Assembly: GCF_029504745.1 (NCBI RefSeq)
Contig: NZ_JAQFIQ010000018.1
Coordinates: 12,722 to 44,721 of the forward strand
Direction of reading: 5' to 3'
DNA from: Breznakia sp. PF5-3
GTDB taxonomy: Bacteria > Bacillota_I > Bacilli_A > Erysipelotrichales > Erysipelotrichaceae
DNA: 32,000 nucleotides
The position numbers and the translations under genes are program-made. Below, one piece after another: positions 18,436 to 27,609 of this stretch (the first letter of the stretch is position 1; every line of letters begins with the position of its first letter). A model generated the notes under the pieces. It worked only from the letters and a program-made list of their open reading frames with translations, searched no databases and was not told the origin of the DNA.

Positions 18436-19110
18436 TTATTTTGTTTTTTGATAGGCAATATAGGAAATAATATAAGATACGATTACACAAGAACCTACAA
18501 GAATAAAGAAGATAATTGTATTAAATGTATTTGCTTGTGACAAAACAGCATATAGGATTAGTGAAAATCCGAAAATAAGAAACACCCTACCTATCCATCT
18601 ATGTGTTAATTCCCAAGATTTTTCATTTGCAATACTCCATGTATTTTTGAATCCAATCATCGAATTATAATCAAGTACAGGAAAATAATTTCCAACAACT
18701 ATAATTAAAATCCCTGCTAATCCGATAGCAACATTTATAAAAGGAAATGTGGAAACAGTTGCTTTAGTAGATAGTAAAATGAAACCCTGTGTTACTACAA
18801 ATATCAATATACTATCAAAAATTGTCATAAAGATTATAGCAAACGTTAGTAAAGGCTTTTCATTACGCAAATGTTCATCTGGACTTATTTTATATTTATT
18901 TCTTTGATAAGCTATATAACATTTGGTAATAAAACCACAAAAAACAGGTATCATCCAATAACCAAGAAACTCAAAACGATTTCCCCATCGTGAAATTTCC
19001 CCGCTAAAGCTGTACTGCATGGGGAATGATGTTGGCATAAAAATGATAACAAGTAATCCAAGCAGTGATATAACAATTAAAGTATTTGTAAGTTTATTTC
19101 TTATTTCCAT
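18436..19110 (-). CDS. SdpI-family membrane protein (DUF1648 plus SdpI-like immunity/signal-transduction domain)
   Basis: About 224 aa with multiple TM segments. FPMQYSFSGEISRWGNRFE resembles the DUF1648 N-terminus, and NSMIGFKNTWSIANEKSWELTHRW resembles the SdpI motif. The ATG at 19110 follows AAGGAGG. The gene overlaps the regulator gene by 17 nt. Confidence 0.65.
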   Translation of the reverse strand: MEIRNKLTNTLIVISLLGLLVIIFMPTSFPMQYSFSGEISRWGNRFEFLGYWMIPVFCGFITKCYIAYQRNKYKISPDEHLRNEKPLLTFAIIFMTIFDSILIFVVTQGFILLSTKATVSTFPFINVAIGLAGILIIVVGNYFPVLDYNSMIGFKNTWSIANEKSWELTHRWIGRVFLIFGFSLILYAVLSQANTFNTIIFFILVGSCVIVSYIISYIAYQKTK

Positions 19111-19378
19111 CTTTTCCTCCTTCAAACTGTTTTAGCCATAGTGTTAATTCTTCAAATATCGATGTATTAATTTGATAGTATACATAGTTTTTATATTTTG
19201 TCTCAAACACTAAATCTGCCTTTTTTAGCAAATTTAGATGATATGAAATTGCTGCATTAGTAATATTGAAATTTTTTGTAATATCCCCCGCTGATATTTT
19301 ACCTTTATTTTTCAGAAGAAAAAGAATATCTCTCCTTATTGGATCAGACATTGCCTTTAATGTTTCAGAAATTCCCAT
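19094..19378 (-). CDS. ArsR-family (SdpR-like autorepressor) transcriptional regulator
   Basis: MGISETLKAMSDPIRRDILFLLKNKGKISAGDITKNFNITNAAISYHLNLLKKADLV is a typical ArsR/SmtB wHTH. I prefer the ATG at 19378 over the track start at 19444. Confidence 0.8.
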   Translation of the reverse strand: MGISETLKAMSDPIRRDILFLLKNKGKISAGDITKNFNITNAAISYHLNLLKKADLVFETKYKNYVYYQINTSIFEELTLWLKQFEGGKDGNKK

Positions 19379-19390
19379 AAAGACCCCCAA

Positions 19391-19416
19391 TCTATTTAAA
19401 TGATTATTTAAATAGA
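19391..19416. promoter_or_regulatory. candidate operator: perfect 10-bp inverted repeat upstream of the ArsR/SdpR-like gene
   Basis: TCTATTTAAA-N6-TTTAAATAGA, 13 nt upstream of the start codon. Confidence 0.4.
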
Positions 19417-19591
19417 TTTTAACATTTTTCTTTATAATAATCAATATTTTATAATATTCATTAGTGTAAATATACGTAGGAATATAAAAAGGATATATGA
19501 CTATTAAAAGATGACAATTTTACATGAATTCCTTTGTATAATGTCCAGTAAACAATAATACTTTTAAAAAAATTTGTATTCCTCTTTTGTA

Positions 19592-19670
19592 CATATTGTA
19601 TAGAAGGTAATTTATATTTTCACTGAACGCTTTCGCTTTTTATATTTCTCACCTGCTTAGCAGGTAGTTT
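19592..19670 (-). repeat. IS200 left-end repeat, copy 2 (solo remnant with no tnpA)
   Basis: Same orientation as copy 1. Retains the hairpin acctgcttagcaggt (19651-19665). The SD is degraded (GAAGG). Weaker similarity continues to about 19563 and stops near the position of tnpA codon 4. Confidence 0.8.
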
Positions 19671-19687
19671 GTATTGCTTCACTCATA

Positions 19688-19715
19688 TAATAAAAAGATG
19701 CGCTTTACGCATCTT
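19688..19715 (-). terminator. rho-independent terminator of the P-type ATPase gene
   Basis: Stem aagatgcg/cgcatctt (19695-19702 and 19708-19715) with a minus-strand U-rich tail. Confidence 0.7.
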
Positions 19716-19722
19716 CTTAAAA

Positions 19723-22335
19723 TTATTTAACCAACTTTAGCGCTTTTGCAATTTCTAGAACTAAAACTGGTGCCAAACTAAGTGCTAAACAAATCAAATA
19801 TAACTCTATTGGTAAATGTACCAATCCAAAAATCTTAGTAATCGGTGGTACAAAAATTACAAACAACATCATTACAATCGATAGGGCTGCAGCCTTATTC
19901 AGATTCTTATTGGTAAAAATACCAATTTTAAATATCGATTTATGAGAACGCATATTAAATGCGTGATTGATTTGTGAAAGACCTAGTACAATGAAGGCCA
20001 TTGTTCTAGCTGCTCCCAATCCATCATGATCAAATCCATATTTGAATGCCAATAAAGATAAGCCACCAAACATGAATCCCTGTAATGCAACACGCACACC
20101 TAATCCATGTGCGAAAATACCTTCATTTTTAGGCCTTGGTGCTTCATCCATAACACTTTCTTCAATTGGTTCTGTACCTAAAGCAATCGCTGGTAAACTA
20201 TCGGTTACTAAGTTAATCCACAATAATTGCATTGACAGCAATGGAGATACTCGCCAAAATAGCATTGAGAAGAATACCAAAGCAATTTCACCAATATTGG
20301 TACCCAACAGAAAAGCTACAACTTTACGAATATTACTATAGATTCCACGTCCCTCTTTTACAGCTTCAACAATGGTTGCGAAATTATCATCCATCAAGGT
20401 TAAATCAGCTGCACTTTTTGCCACATCGGTACCTGTAATACCCATCGCACAACCGATATCAGCAGCTTTTAAAGAAGGCGCATCATTTACACCGTCACCA
20501 GTCATAGAAACGATTTTCCCCTTGCTCTGCCACGCTCTTACAACCCGAATCTTATCTTCTGGAGATACTCGAGCATAAACTGAAATAGAAGCTAATTTTT
20601 CATCCAACTCTTCATCACTCATCGATGCTAACTGCACACCGGTTAAGGCAACGTCTCCATCATGGAAAATACCAAGATTTCGAGCAATTACTTCCGCAGT
20701 TAATACATGGTCACCAGTAATCATAATTGGTTTAATCCCTGCGTGTTGACAAACCTTTACTGCTTCTTTTACTTCTTCACGAGGAGGGTCAATCATCCCC
20801 ACAAGACCAATGAAATTCAAATCATTTTCTATCTCATCATAAACAACTTCACTTGGTATTTCATCAATCTCTTTATATGCAATTGCAATCACTCGCAATG
20901 CTTCTTTACTCATATCCTCTACTACTTGGGTAGCTTTTCCAAGATCCCCAACACTGCAATGTTCACGCATTACATCGAAAGCACCCTTGGTGATTACAAT
21001 ATTTTTGCCATCCATTTTATGAATAGTAGTCATCATTTTACGATCCGAATCAAATGGTAACTCCAACAAACGCGGATAATTTTCATTAATTACTTCTTGA
21101 GAAATACCATTTTTAATCCCTGCTGCAATAATACTTGTTTCAGTAGGATCCCCAATGGATACTTCTTTACCATCTTCAATCACAATCGATCCATCACTAC
21201 AAAGCATCCCATAGACAAGTAATTTACGAATTGCTTCTGAATTATCAGATGAGATGTCTTCCATTCCCGTTTTCTCATCATATGCTTTTACAAGGGTCAT
21301 TTTATTTTGTGTCAATGTTCCTGTTTTATCCGAACAAATAATGGAAGTACTTCCCAAGGTTTCTACAGCTGGTAATTTCTTTACAATCGCATTTTGCTTT
21401 GCCATTCGCTCTACACCAATAGATAAAACCACGGTAACAATAACTGGGAGACCTTCAGGAATTGCAGAAACAGCCAAAGAAACAGCTGTCATAAAGATTT
21501 CCATAATTGGCATTCCATCAATAATTCCCATCACAAAAATAATTGCACAAACGATGAGTGCTATGATTCCTAAATATTTACCCAACACAGCTAAGCGTTC
21601 TTGAAGTGGTGTTTTGGTATCAACTGCGCTGTCTAATAGACCTGCTATCTTACCCATTTCACTATCCATTCCGGTTGCACTTACAATTGCTATCGCTGTC
21701 CCATTTGTAATAGAACATCCCGAATACACCATATTTAATCGATCACCTAACGGTTCTTTTTCATCAACAATCAAATTTGCGTTCTTATCCACAGGTACTG
21801 ATTCCCCAGTTAATGCCGATTCATCTGATTTTAAGGAATTCGCACTAATCAATCTCGCATCTGCTGGAATAAAATCGCCAGCCTCCAACTTAATAATATC
21901 CCCTGGGACTAGATTTAGTGTATCGATTACTTTTTCTTCACCACCACGAATTACACGACTTTGTGGAGTTGTCATATTCATTAGTGCTTCCAATGACTTC
22001 TCTGCTTTATTCTCTTGATAAACACCAACAATGGCATTTAAAACGACAATAACAAGAATCAAAAGAGGCTCAAAAAAACCAGATAAATGCTGTTCCATGA
22101 TGGCCACAACAAAAGAAATCAAAGCTGCTAAAAGCAAGATTAAAATCATTACATCTTTAAATTGCTCCAAAAATTTCATCAAGATAGTTTTCTTTTTCTG
22201 TGCTTTTAATTTATTTTCTCCATATGTATTTAAATATGTTTTTACCTGTTCATCTGATAATCCCTTAATTTCATCAGAATGTAATTCTTTGATTACATCT
22301 TCTGCGCTTTTATTATGTGCTAACATCTCATTCAT
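19723..22335 (-). CDS. P2-type cation-transporting ATPase, probably Ca2+-translocating (YloB/PMCA-SERCA-like)
   Basis: 870 aa with motifs TGES, ICSDKTGTLT, MITGDH, TGDGVNDAPSLKAADIG and IPEGLP in M4. Confidence 0.9.
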   Translation of the reverse strand: MNEMLAHNKSAEDVIKELHSDEIKGLSDEQVKTYLNTYGENKLKAQKKKTILMKFLEQFKDVMILILLLAALISFVVAIMEQHLSGFFEPLLILVIVVLNAIVGVYQENKAEKSLEALMNMTTPQSRVIRGGEEKVIDTLNLVPGDIIKLEAGDFIPADARLISANSLKSDESALTGESVPVDKNANLIVDEKEPLGDRLNMVYSGCSITNGTAIAIVSATGMDSEMGKIAGLLDSAVDTKTPLQERLAVLGKYLGIIALIVCAIIFVMGIIDGMPIMEIFMTAVSLAVSAIPEGLPVIVTVVLSIGVERMAKQNAIVKKLPAVETLGSTSIICSDKTGTLTQNKMTLVKAYDEKTGMEDISSDNSEAIRKLLVYGMLCSDGSIVIEDGKEVSIGDPTETSIIAAGIKNGISQEVINENYPRLLELPFDSDRKMMTTIHKMDGKNIVITKGAFDVMREHCSVGDLGKATQVVEDMSKEALRVIAIAYKEIDEIPSEVVYDEIENDLNFIGLVGMIDPPREEVKEAVKVCQHAGIKPIMITGDHVLTAEVIARNLGIFHDGDVALTGVQLASMSDEELDEKLASISVYARVSPEDKIRVVRAWQSKGKIVSMTGDGVNDAPSLKAADIGCAMGITGTDVAKSAADLTLMDDNFATIVEAVKEGRGIYSNIRKVVAFLLGTNIGEIALVFFSMLFWRVSPLLSMQLLWINLVTDSLPAIALGTEPIEESVMDEAPRPKNEGIFAHGLGVRVALQGFMFGGLSLLAFKYGFDHDGLGAARTMAFIVLGLSQINHAFNMRSHKSIFKIGIFTNKNLNKAAALSIVMMLFVIFVPPITKIFGLVHLPIELYLICLALSLAPVLVLEIAKALKLVK

Positions 22336-22404
22336 CCTTTCACTATATAATACTATTATTATATACTTGATTACCTCAAAAATCTAAATTTTTACATGAC
22401 AAAA

Positions 22405-22427
22405 GAAAAAATGCTAGTACCTAGCAT
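22405..22427 (-). terminator. rho-independent terminator of the rhodanese gene
   Basis: Stem atgctag/ctagcat with loop tac, followed by a U-run on the minus strand (plus-strand A-run 22405-22410). Confidence 0.65.
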
Positions 22428-22471
22428 CTTCTTACAATATAAAAATAATTCTAATCAGACTTTCATATCCA

Positions 22472-22804
22472 TTATAAAGTCATCTTATTTAACGTATCAT
22501 TATCTCCATTTACTTCTTCAAGTGGTCCATTCCACTTCAACAATCCGCCACTTACACTTCTTGCTGAATAGCCTTTATCCTTTAATATCAAAGCCGCAGC
22601 ACGACTTCTTCTTCCTGAATGACAAACCAAGAATACCTCTTCTGGAGGTTCATAATAATCAATTTGACCAAGAGGAATATTAATAGATGATGGAATATGA
22701 CCACCTTGATATTCATCAGGTTCTCGAACATCGACAATCAAAGGCTTCTCTTTTAGCTTCTCTATCAATTCTCTTACATATATTTCTTCATTTTTATTAA
22801 ACAT
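22472..22804 (-). CDS. single-domain rhodanese-like sulfurtransferase
   Basis: DVREPDEYQGGHIPSSINIP and the active-site loop CHSGRRS. The ATG at 22804 has an AGGAG SD, so I reject the track's longer start. Confidence 0.85.
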   Translation of the reverse strand: MFNKNEEIYVRELIEKLKEKPLIVDVREPDEYQGGHIPSSINIPLGQIDYYEPPEEVFLVCHSGRRSRAAALILKDKGYSARSVSGGLLKWNGPLEEVNGDNDTLNKMTL

Positions 22805-22882
22805 ATCTCTAACTCCTATCAATATATATTTTATAATATATAGAAGTTCACTACTAATATTATGCACATAAAAAGATATATT

Positions 22883-23200
22883 TTACTTCATATATAAGAT
22901 TCCAAATGGCAACCAACCATATTCACCATGCTTACTTTTTACATAACCCCAATCAAAAACAACCTTTATAAGTTCAACACAATCCTTTGCTTTCACAACC
23001 AATTCGGTTGGATTATAATCACAGTTTAAACAATTGTTTTCAATATATGTATTGGGAATATATGTTTCATATCCATCTATTACACCACTTGACCAGTATG
23101 TATACTGTTTACATGGGATAATGTTTTCAACTTTGCTGCCTTTAGGAAAAGTAGGAAATTTTCCCTCTCCATCATGATTTTCTATTACGTATACTTCCAT
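22883..23200 (-). CDS. hypothetical small protein, possibly two SH3-like halves
   Basis: 105-aa ORF with an AGGAGGG SD. The SH3-like patterns (W...G..G.(I/L)P) are only weakly recognisable. Confidence 0.5.
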   Translation of the reverse strand: MEVYVIENHDGEGKFPTFPKGSKVENIIPCKQYTYWSSGVIDGYETYIPNTYIENNCLNCDYNPTELVVKAKDCVELIKVVFDWGYVKSKHGEYGWLPFGILYMK

Positions 23201-23329
23201 AATAATGTTCCCTCCTTTAGGTATCTTTTTTAATTATAGCAATCCTTTCATAGTAATACAATTTCTATTAATTTCATTTTGACAACACCTATAATATATA
23301 CTATTATTAATGGAAAAGGAGTTGAACTT

Positions 23330-24343
23330 ATGGGAAAAACAATTGTCCCTAGTGGATATACACCATCACTATCTTTATTAGAGACGGAAATTGCAATAAA
23401 GTTAGTAAAAGATACATTTGAAAGAAGGTTAGGTGAAGCCTTACATCTTACTCGGGTATCAGCCCCACTTTTTGTTCAAGCTGATAGTGGTTTAAATGAT
23501 GATTTAAATGGGATTGAGCGTCCTATTTCCTTTGATGCTCCTGATATCAACAATCGTTCAATCGAAATCGTACATTCTCTAGCAAAATGGAAAAGAGATG
23601 CTTTAAAACGTTACGATCTTGGAAAGTTTGAAGGACTATATACGGATATGAATGCAATTCGTCGTGATGAAGAATTGGATAATATCCATTCTATTTATGT
23701 TGATCAATGGGATTGGGAACTTATCATTGATACCAAACATCGGAATCTAAATTACTTAAAAACAACTGTAAATAAAATATATAATATCTTGTTGGAGATT
23801 GAATATCAAATTATCAAACACTATCCTTCTTTAGGAAGTGCTATGTTACCTCCAAAAATACATTATATTACATCTCAAGAACTAGAAGATTTATATCCTT
23901 CGTTATCACCAAAAGAAAGAGAACAAAAGATTACAAAAGAATATGGTGCTGTTTTCCTAATGCAGATTGGTGATAAATTAAACTCTGGTAAACGTCATGA
24001 TGGACGTGCCCCAGATTACGATGATTGGCAATTAAATGGCGATATCCTAGTTTGGTATCCAATGTTGGATACCGCTTTGGAATTATCTTCGATGGGAATA
24101 AGAGTAAATGATCGTGTCTTAGATGAACAATTAAAAAAAGCAAATGCTACTTACCGTCTAGCAATGCCATATCATAAATCAATTATGCAACATGATTTAC
24201 CACTTACTATTGGTGGTGGAATTGGACAATCACGCTTATGTATGTATTTCCTAAGAAAAGCGCATGTTGGTGAAGTACAAGCATCCTTGTGGTCAGACGA
24301 TGTTATTGAAGCATGTGCAAAAAATAATATTCCATTATTATAA
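23330..24343 (+). CDS. asnA: aspartate-ammonia ligase (asparagine synthetase A)
   Basis: [42 protein letters not shown] and [11 protein letters not shown] match AsnA. The ATG at 23330 has an AAAGGAG SD. Confidence 0.9.
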   Translation: MGKTIVPSGYTPSLSLLETEIAIKLVKDTFERRLGEALHLTRVSAPLFVQADSGLNDDLNGIERPISFDAPDINNRSIEIVHSLAKWKRDALKRYDLGKFEGLYTDMNAIRRDEELDNIHSIYVDQWDWELIIDTKHRNLNYLKTTVNKIYNILLEIEYQIIKHYPSLGSAMLPPKIHYITSQELEDLYPSLSPKEREQKITKEYGAVFLMQIGDKLNSGKRHDGRAPDYDDWQLNGDILVWYPMLDTALELSSMGIRVNDRVLDEQLKKANATYRLAMPYHKSIMQHDLPLTIGGGIGQSRLCMYFLRKAHVGEVQASLWSDDVIEACAKNNIPLL

Positions 24344-24357
24344 TGGTCTATACAACT

Positions 24358-24398
24358 AAAAAAGGTATCTTTCCTAATTGACAGGAAACATACCTTTT
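24358..24398. terminator. bidirectional terminator between asnA and the AI-2E-family gene
   Basis: 12-bp stem ggtatctttcct/aggaaacatacc with one mismatch, flanked by A and T runs. Confidence 0.65.
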
Positions 24399-25500
24399 AT
24401 TTTTTATCATTTGGATTCTTGTAAAGGTGAATAATTCCTTCTTCATTTAAATTTTTTACCAAAATAACAAGGATTGGTAAAATGAAGATCCCAAAAATAC
24501 CAAGAAGCTTTGTCCCAACAAACATGGATATCAACATAATAATTGGATGTGCTCCAACTTGAACACCAACAATCTTTGGTTCAATGATATTACGGATAAC
24601 AGTGATTATGATATATACAATCGCTAAACCAATAGCCAATTCTAATTGTCCATTCAAGATAGTGATAATAATCCATGGAATCATAATTCCACCTGTTCCT
24701 AACACTGGTAGAATATCAAATACAGCGATTAAAAAAGCAATTGCTATCGCATTATCAATTTGTAAAATAAACAAACCTATACTTAATTCCACAAAAGTAA
24801 TAAACATGATAATACCATAAGATTTTATAAATTTACCTATTGTTTGCACCATATGTCGCCTTGTATGCCGAATGATGTTTTTTGTCTTATCATTAAATTG
24901 AAGCATAATAAAGTTTGTTATTTTTTGAAAATCAATCGTGAAAAAATACGAAGATATAATCATTAATAAAAAACTGATTAGAAAGGATGGCACAAACGAT
25001 GCAAAAGAAGTTAGATAACTAAGTGATTTTGAAGATACGGATGGGGCAACCGATTTCGCAATATCTAACAATACTGTATTTACATCATTTAATCCTTGTG
25101 CTAAGTTTGGACTAATATTATTTAAAACATCTTCTAACCCGCTAAATAGCGTTTCTAAAGCTGGTTTAATCGTTGAAGAGTAATACGCTGGTAAGTCTTT
25201 AAAAAAGCTTCCAAGCATTGCTAATAACTGCATTACACCTAAGGTAACCAAACCACCTACGATAATATAAAACAAGGTCAGTACAAGCAATGATACAAAC
25301 TTATTTTTTATCTTGATACGTTTGCTTATTTTTTTAATCAATCCTTGCATGATAAAAGCTATACCAAAGCCAAGAATAAATGGCAGACACCAGCCAACTA
25401 CATAACGAAAGACAAAAACAACAATTCCTATAATCGCTATATAATAACAAAGATTCACCAAAAACTTCTTCCGTTTTTCCATTTCCATATAAAACCTCAC
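24397..25500 (-). CDS. AI-2E family transporter (PerM/YtvI-like membrane protein)
   Basis: 367 aa and polytopic. The architecture and the conserved late region (FDILPVLGTGGIMIPW) are typical of the family. Confidence 0.75.
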   Translation of the reverse strand: MRFYMEMEKRKKFLVNLCYYIAIIGIVVFVFRYVVGWCLPFILGFGIAFIMQGLIKKISKRIKIKNKFVSLLVLTLFYIIVGGLVTLGVMQLLAMLGSFFKDLPAYYSSTIKPALETLFSGLEDVLNNISPNLAQGLNDVNTVLLDIAKSVAPSVSSKSLSYLTSFASFVPSFLISFLLMIISSYFFTIDFQKITNFIMLQFNDKTKNIIRHTRRHMVQTIGKFIKSYGIIMFITFVELSIGLFILQIDNAIAIAFLIAVFDILPVLGTGGIMIPWIIITILNGQLELAIGLAIVYIIITVIRNIIEPKIVGVQVGAHPIIMLISMFVGTKLLGIFGIFILPILVILVKNLNEEGIIHLYKNPNDKK

Positions 25501-25569
25501 TATTTATATTCTATTATACATAAAATCACCTTTATATTTCCTAACAATTATGTAAGATTATGTTGCTAT

Positions 25570-26004
25570 CTATACTTTTCCCACATCCATTTGCATGGAA
25601 ATAAACGGTATCCCATTTACAACTTGTACCTCTTGGACCTCATAGAAACCAAGTCTCTTATATACTTCTTTAGCATATAAAGATGAATTTACAGTGATTT
25701 TATCAATATGATAAGTGTTTATAAAATCATCTTTCATTATTTGAAATAACTGTTTCGCAATTCCTTGACGATGATATCTTTTATCAACAAATAACAAGGT
25801 AATATGATCTGGAATTCTTCCTGCAATCATCCCAACTAACTCACGATCAAAACATCCCCAGATAACAATTTCCTTTTTATCCAACATCTGTAAGATATTA
25901 TCTTCCATAATATAACGTTTGAACTCTTCAACTCCTTGTTTTGGATACTCAATTGCTTCAAACTCTAAAAATACATTCCATACAAGTTCCATTGCTTCTT
26001 TCAC
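25570..26004 (-). CDS. GNAT family N-acetyltransferase, N-terminus possibly disrupted (see findings)
   Basis: FVDKRYHRQGIAKQLF is an acetyl-CoA motif. The track start is GTG with no SD. A good SD with ATG lies 33 nt upstream but is followed immediately by an in-frame TGA. Confidence 0.7.
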   Translation of the reverse strand: MKEAMELVWNVFLEFEAIEYPKQGVEEFKRYIMEDNILQMLDKKEIVIWGCFDRELVGMIAGRIPDHITLLFVDKRYHRQGIAKQLFQIMKDDFINTYHIDKITVNSSLYAKEVYKRLGFYEVQEVQVVNGIPFISMQMDVGKV

Positions 26005-26092
26005 TTCACTTGGCTTTAATTTTCGAATTTCTCACATGCCATCACCTCTACTGCTATTATATAAAAAAGAACCTCCTAATACTAGGAAGTTC

Positions 26093-26620
26093 TTATATAC
26101 GGTTAAAGGCTAAAATAATAAACTGGATGCCAAAAACAGTAAAATATATACCTGCTAACATCGAAATTGTAACAAGTGAAATCATTGGATTAAATAACAT
26201 CATAAACCCAATTATCAAAGAGAATATATTTAAAATTAAATATACCCAATATAGTCCTGTACTTGCTTCTTTCACATAAGATAAATTCATCAACCCTACA
26301 AAAGAATCCAAAATAAACCACAATGCAAATAACAAAGCTAATGTAATTGCTCCAGAAGCTAAATTTGTTAAGAATAAAATACCTAATATAACATCTAAAA
26401 CAGCAGATATAAGAACTAAACTAGTTCCCAAACCAGTCATTGATTTGAGTTTTGTATATCCAACAAAAGTACCAATTCCTTTCATAATAGCTGCAATACC
26501 AAACAATATCACAAACGCTTCTAATGTATTCTCAGGATTTGTAAAACTCACAAATGCGGAAATTAGAAATACAATCCCTACCGCCAGCTCTAGCCAGCCG
26601 ATGCTTTTACTTTCTTTCAT
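26093..26620 (-). CDS. HdeD/DUF308 family membrane protein
   Basis: About 175 aa with repeated glycine-rich TM helices typical of DUF308. The ATG at 26620 lies 9 nt after an AGGAG SD. Confidence 0.65.
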   Translation of the reverse strand: MKESKSIGWLELAVGIVFLISAFVSFTNPENTLEAFVILFGIAAIMKGIGTFVGYTKLKSMTGLGTSLVLISAVLDVILGILFLTNLASGAITLALLFALWFILDSFVGLMNLSYVKEASTGLYWVYLILNIFSLIIGFMMLFNPMISLVTISMLAGIYFTVFGIQFIILAFNRI

Positions 26621-26694
26621 ATAAATCATCTCCTATCCTACTTTTAGAATACTACTAAACAATCTATATGAAAAGTAAAGTGCACAGGTTAAAT

Positions 26695-27447
26695 TCACCT
26701 CTTATTTTTCACAAACACCATCTCATTTACACTTGATAATGTTTCGTCATATTGATACCCATCTTCATGAAATTGTTTTATTTCATCCAATGTATGCACA
26801 TCTTTATTCGCTAAGAAATGCACCATCCTACCACGAGCTATTTTCGCCTGAGTTGCTTCATTTTTAGGAATACCTTCTTTAATAACTTTAAAGCTTATCG
26901 TTATCATATACATTTTACATTGTTCATCTAATACTTTGCTATATTCATTAGAAGCTAAATTTAATATATATGGTTCCTCACTTTTTTGAATTTCTTCCAT
27001 AATATACTTTGAAATAATAGGTTTCCATAGTGCATATAAATTTTTATATTCATTTATTGATAACTTTGTCTGCATCTCTAATCGATATGGATAAATATTA
27101 TCATATGGCTTTAATATTCCATATAAACCAGATAAAATACGTAAATGCTTTTGCGCATATTGCCTTTCTTCCTTATTGAATGAAGCTGGTTGCATATATT
27201 TATATTGAATTCCTTGATACGCTAAAATAGCTGAAGTACCCTTTCCATCAAATGAAAAATTTGAAAACCGCTCATGGTTTTGAGTCGCTAGTGGTTCTTT
27301 GATCTTCATTAGCTTCATCAAACCTTCAATTGAAGATCCAGATAATGCTTTCATAATACTTTTACTAATCTCAAAAAATTCACTCATACAATATGTATCA
27401 TTGGGATTTTCTACCATCGTCTTCGTTGGGGAAATAAGAATTATCAT
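26695..27447 (-). CDS. yaaA: YaaA-family (UPF0246/DUF328) peroxide-stress protein
   Basis: The N-terminal MIILISPTKTM signature and the 250-aa length match the family. Confidence 0.8.
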   Translation of the reverse strand: MIILISPTKTMVENPNDTYCMSEFFEISKSIMKALSGSSIEGLMKLMKIKEPLATQNHERFSNFSFDGKGTSAILAYQGIQYKYMQPASFNKEERQYAQKHLRILSGLYGILKPYDNIYPYRLEMQTKLSINEYKNLYALWKPIISKYIMEEIQKSEEPYILNLASNEYSKVLDEQCKMYMITISFKVIKEGIPKNEATQAKIARGRMVHFLANKDVHTLDEIKQFHEDGYQYDETLSSVNEMVFVKNKR

Positions 27448-27609
27448 ATACTCACTCCTTCCAGATATACTATATCATATGTTACTTTTAAATTATTAAA
27501 ACTTGAAAATAGTATTCATTCTTTTGTTGGTCAAGATACATTACTTTTCCATGAAGAGATGATAATATTTAAATAAGTTATCTTAAACTAACATAAGGAG
27601 GAAATACAT

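Noticed and set aside
23201-23329. A possible T-box or other leader riboswitch upstream of asnA.
   Set aside because: The leader is only about 130 nt, there is no T-box sequence (AGGGTGGTACCGCG-like) or terminator/antiterminator pair, and the SD is unstructured.
18036-26037. The idea that TGA is reassigned (Mollicutes-like code 4), prompted by a TGA at a conserved Trp codon in tnpA and an in-frame TGA at codon 2 of a GNAT gene.
   Set aside because: TGA ends five well-formed genes (stops at 639, 10350, 14899, 26695 and 30144), including a classic ATGA stop-start overlap at 14899-14902. Reading through them gives nonsense extensions with further TGAs. The tnpA gene carries other disabling lesions, so it is simply a pseudogene.
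27463-27482. An AT-rich quasi-palindrome (atatactatatcatat) upstream of nrdI, considered as an NrdR box.
   Set aside because: It lacks the conserved ACAC/GTGT outer positions of NrdR boxes, there is no second box at the expected spacing, and it lies next to the yaaA start rather than the nrdI promoter.
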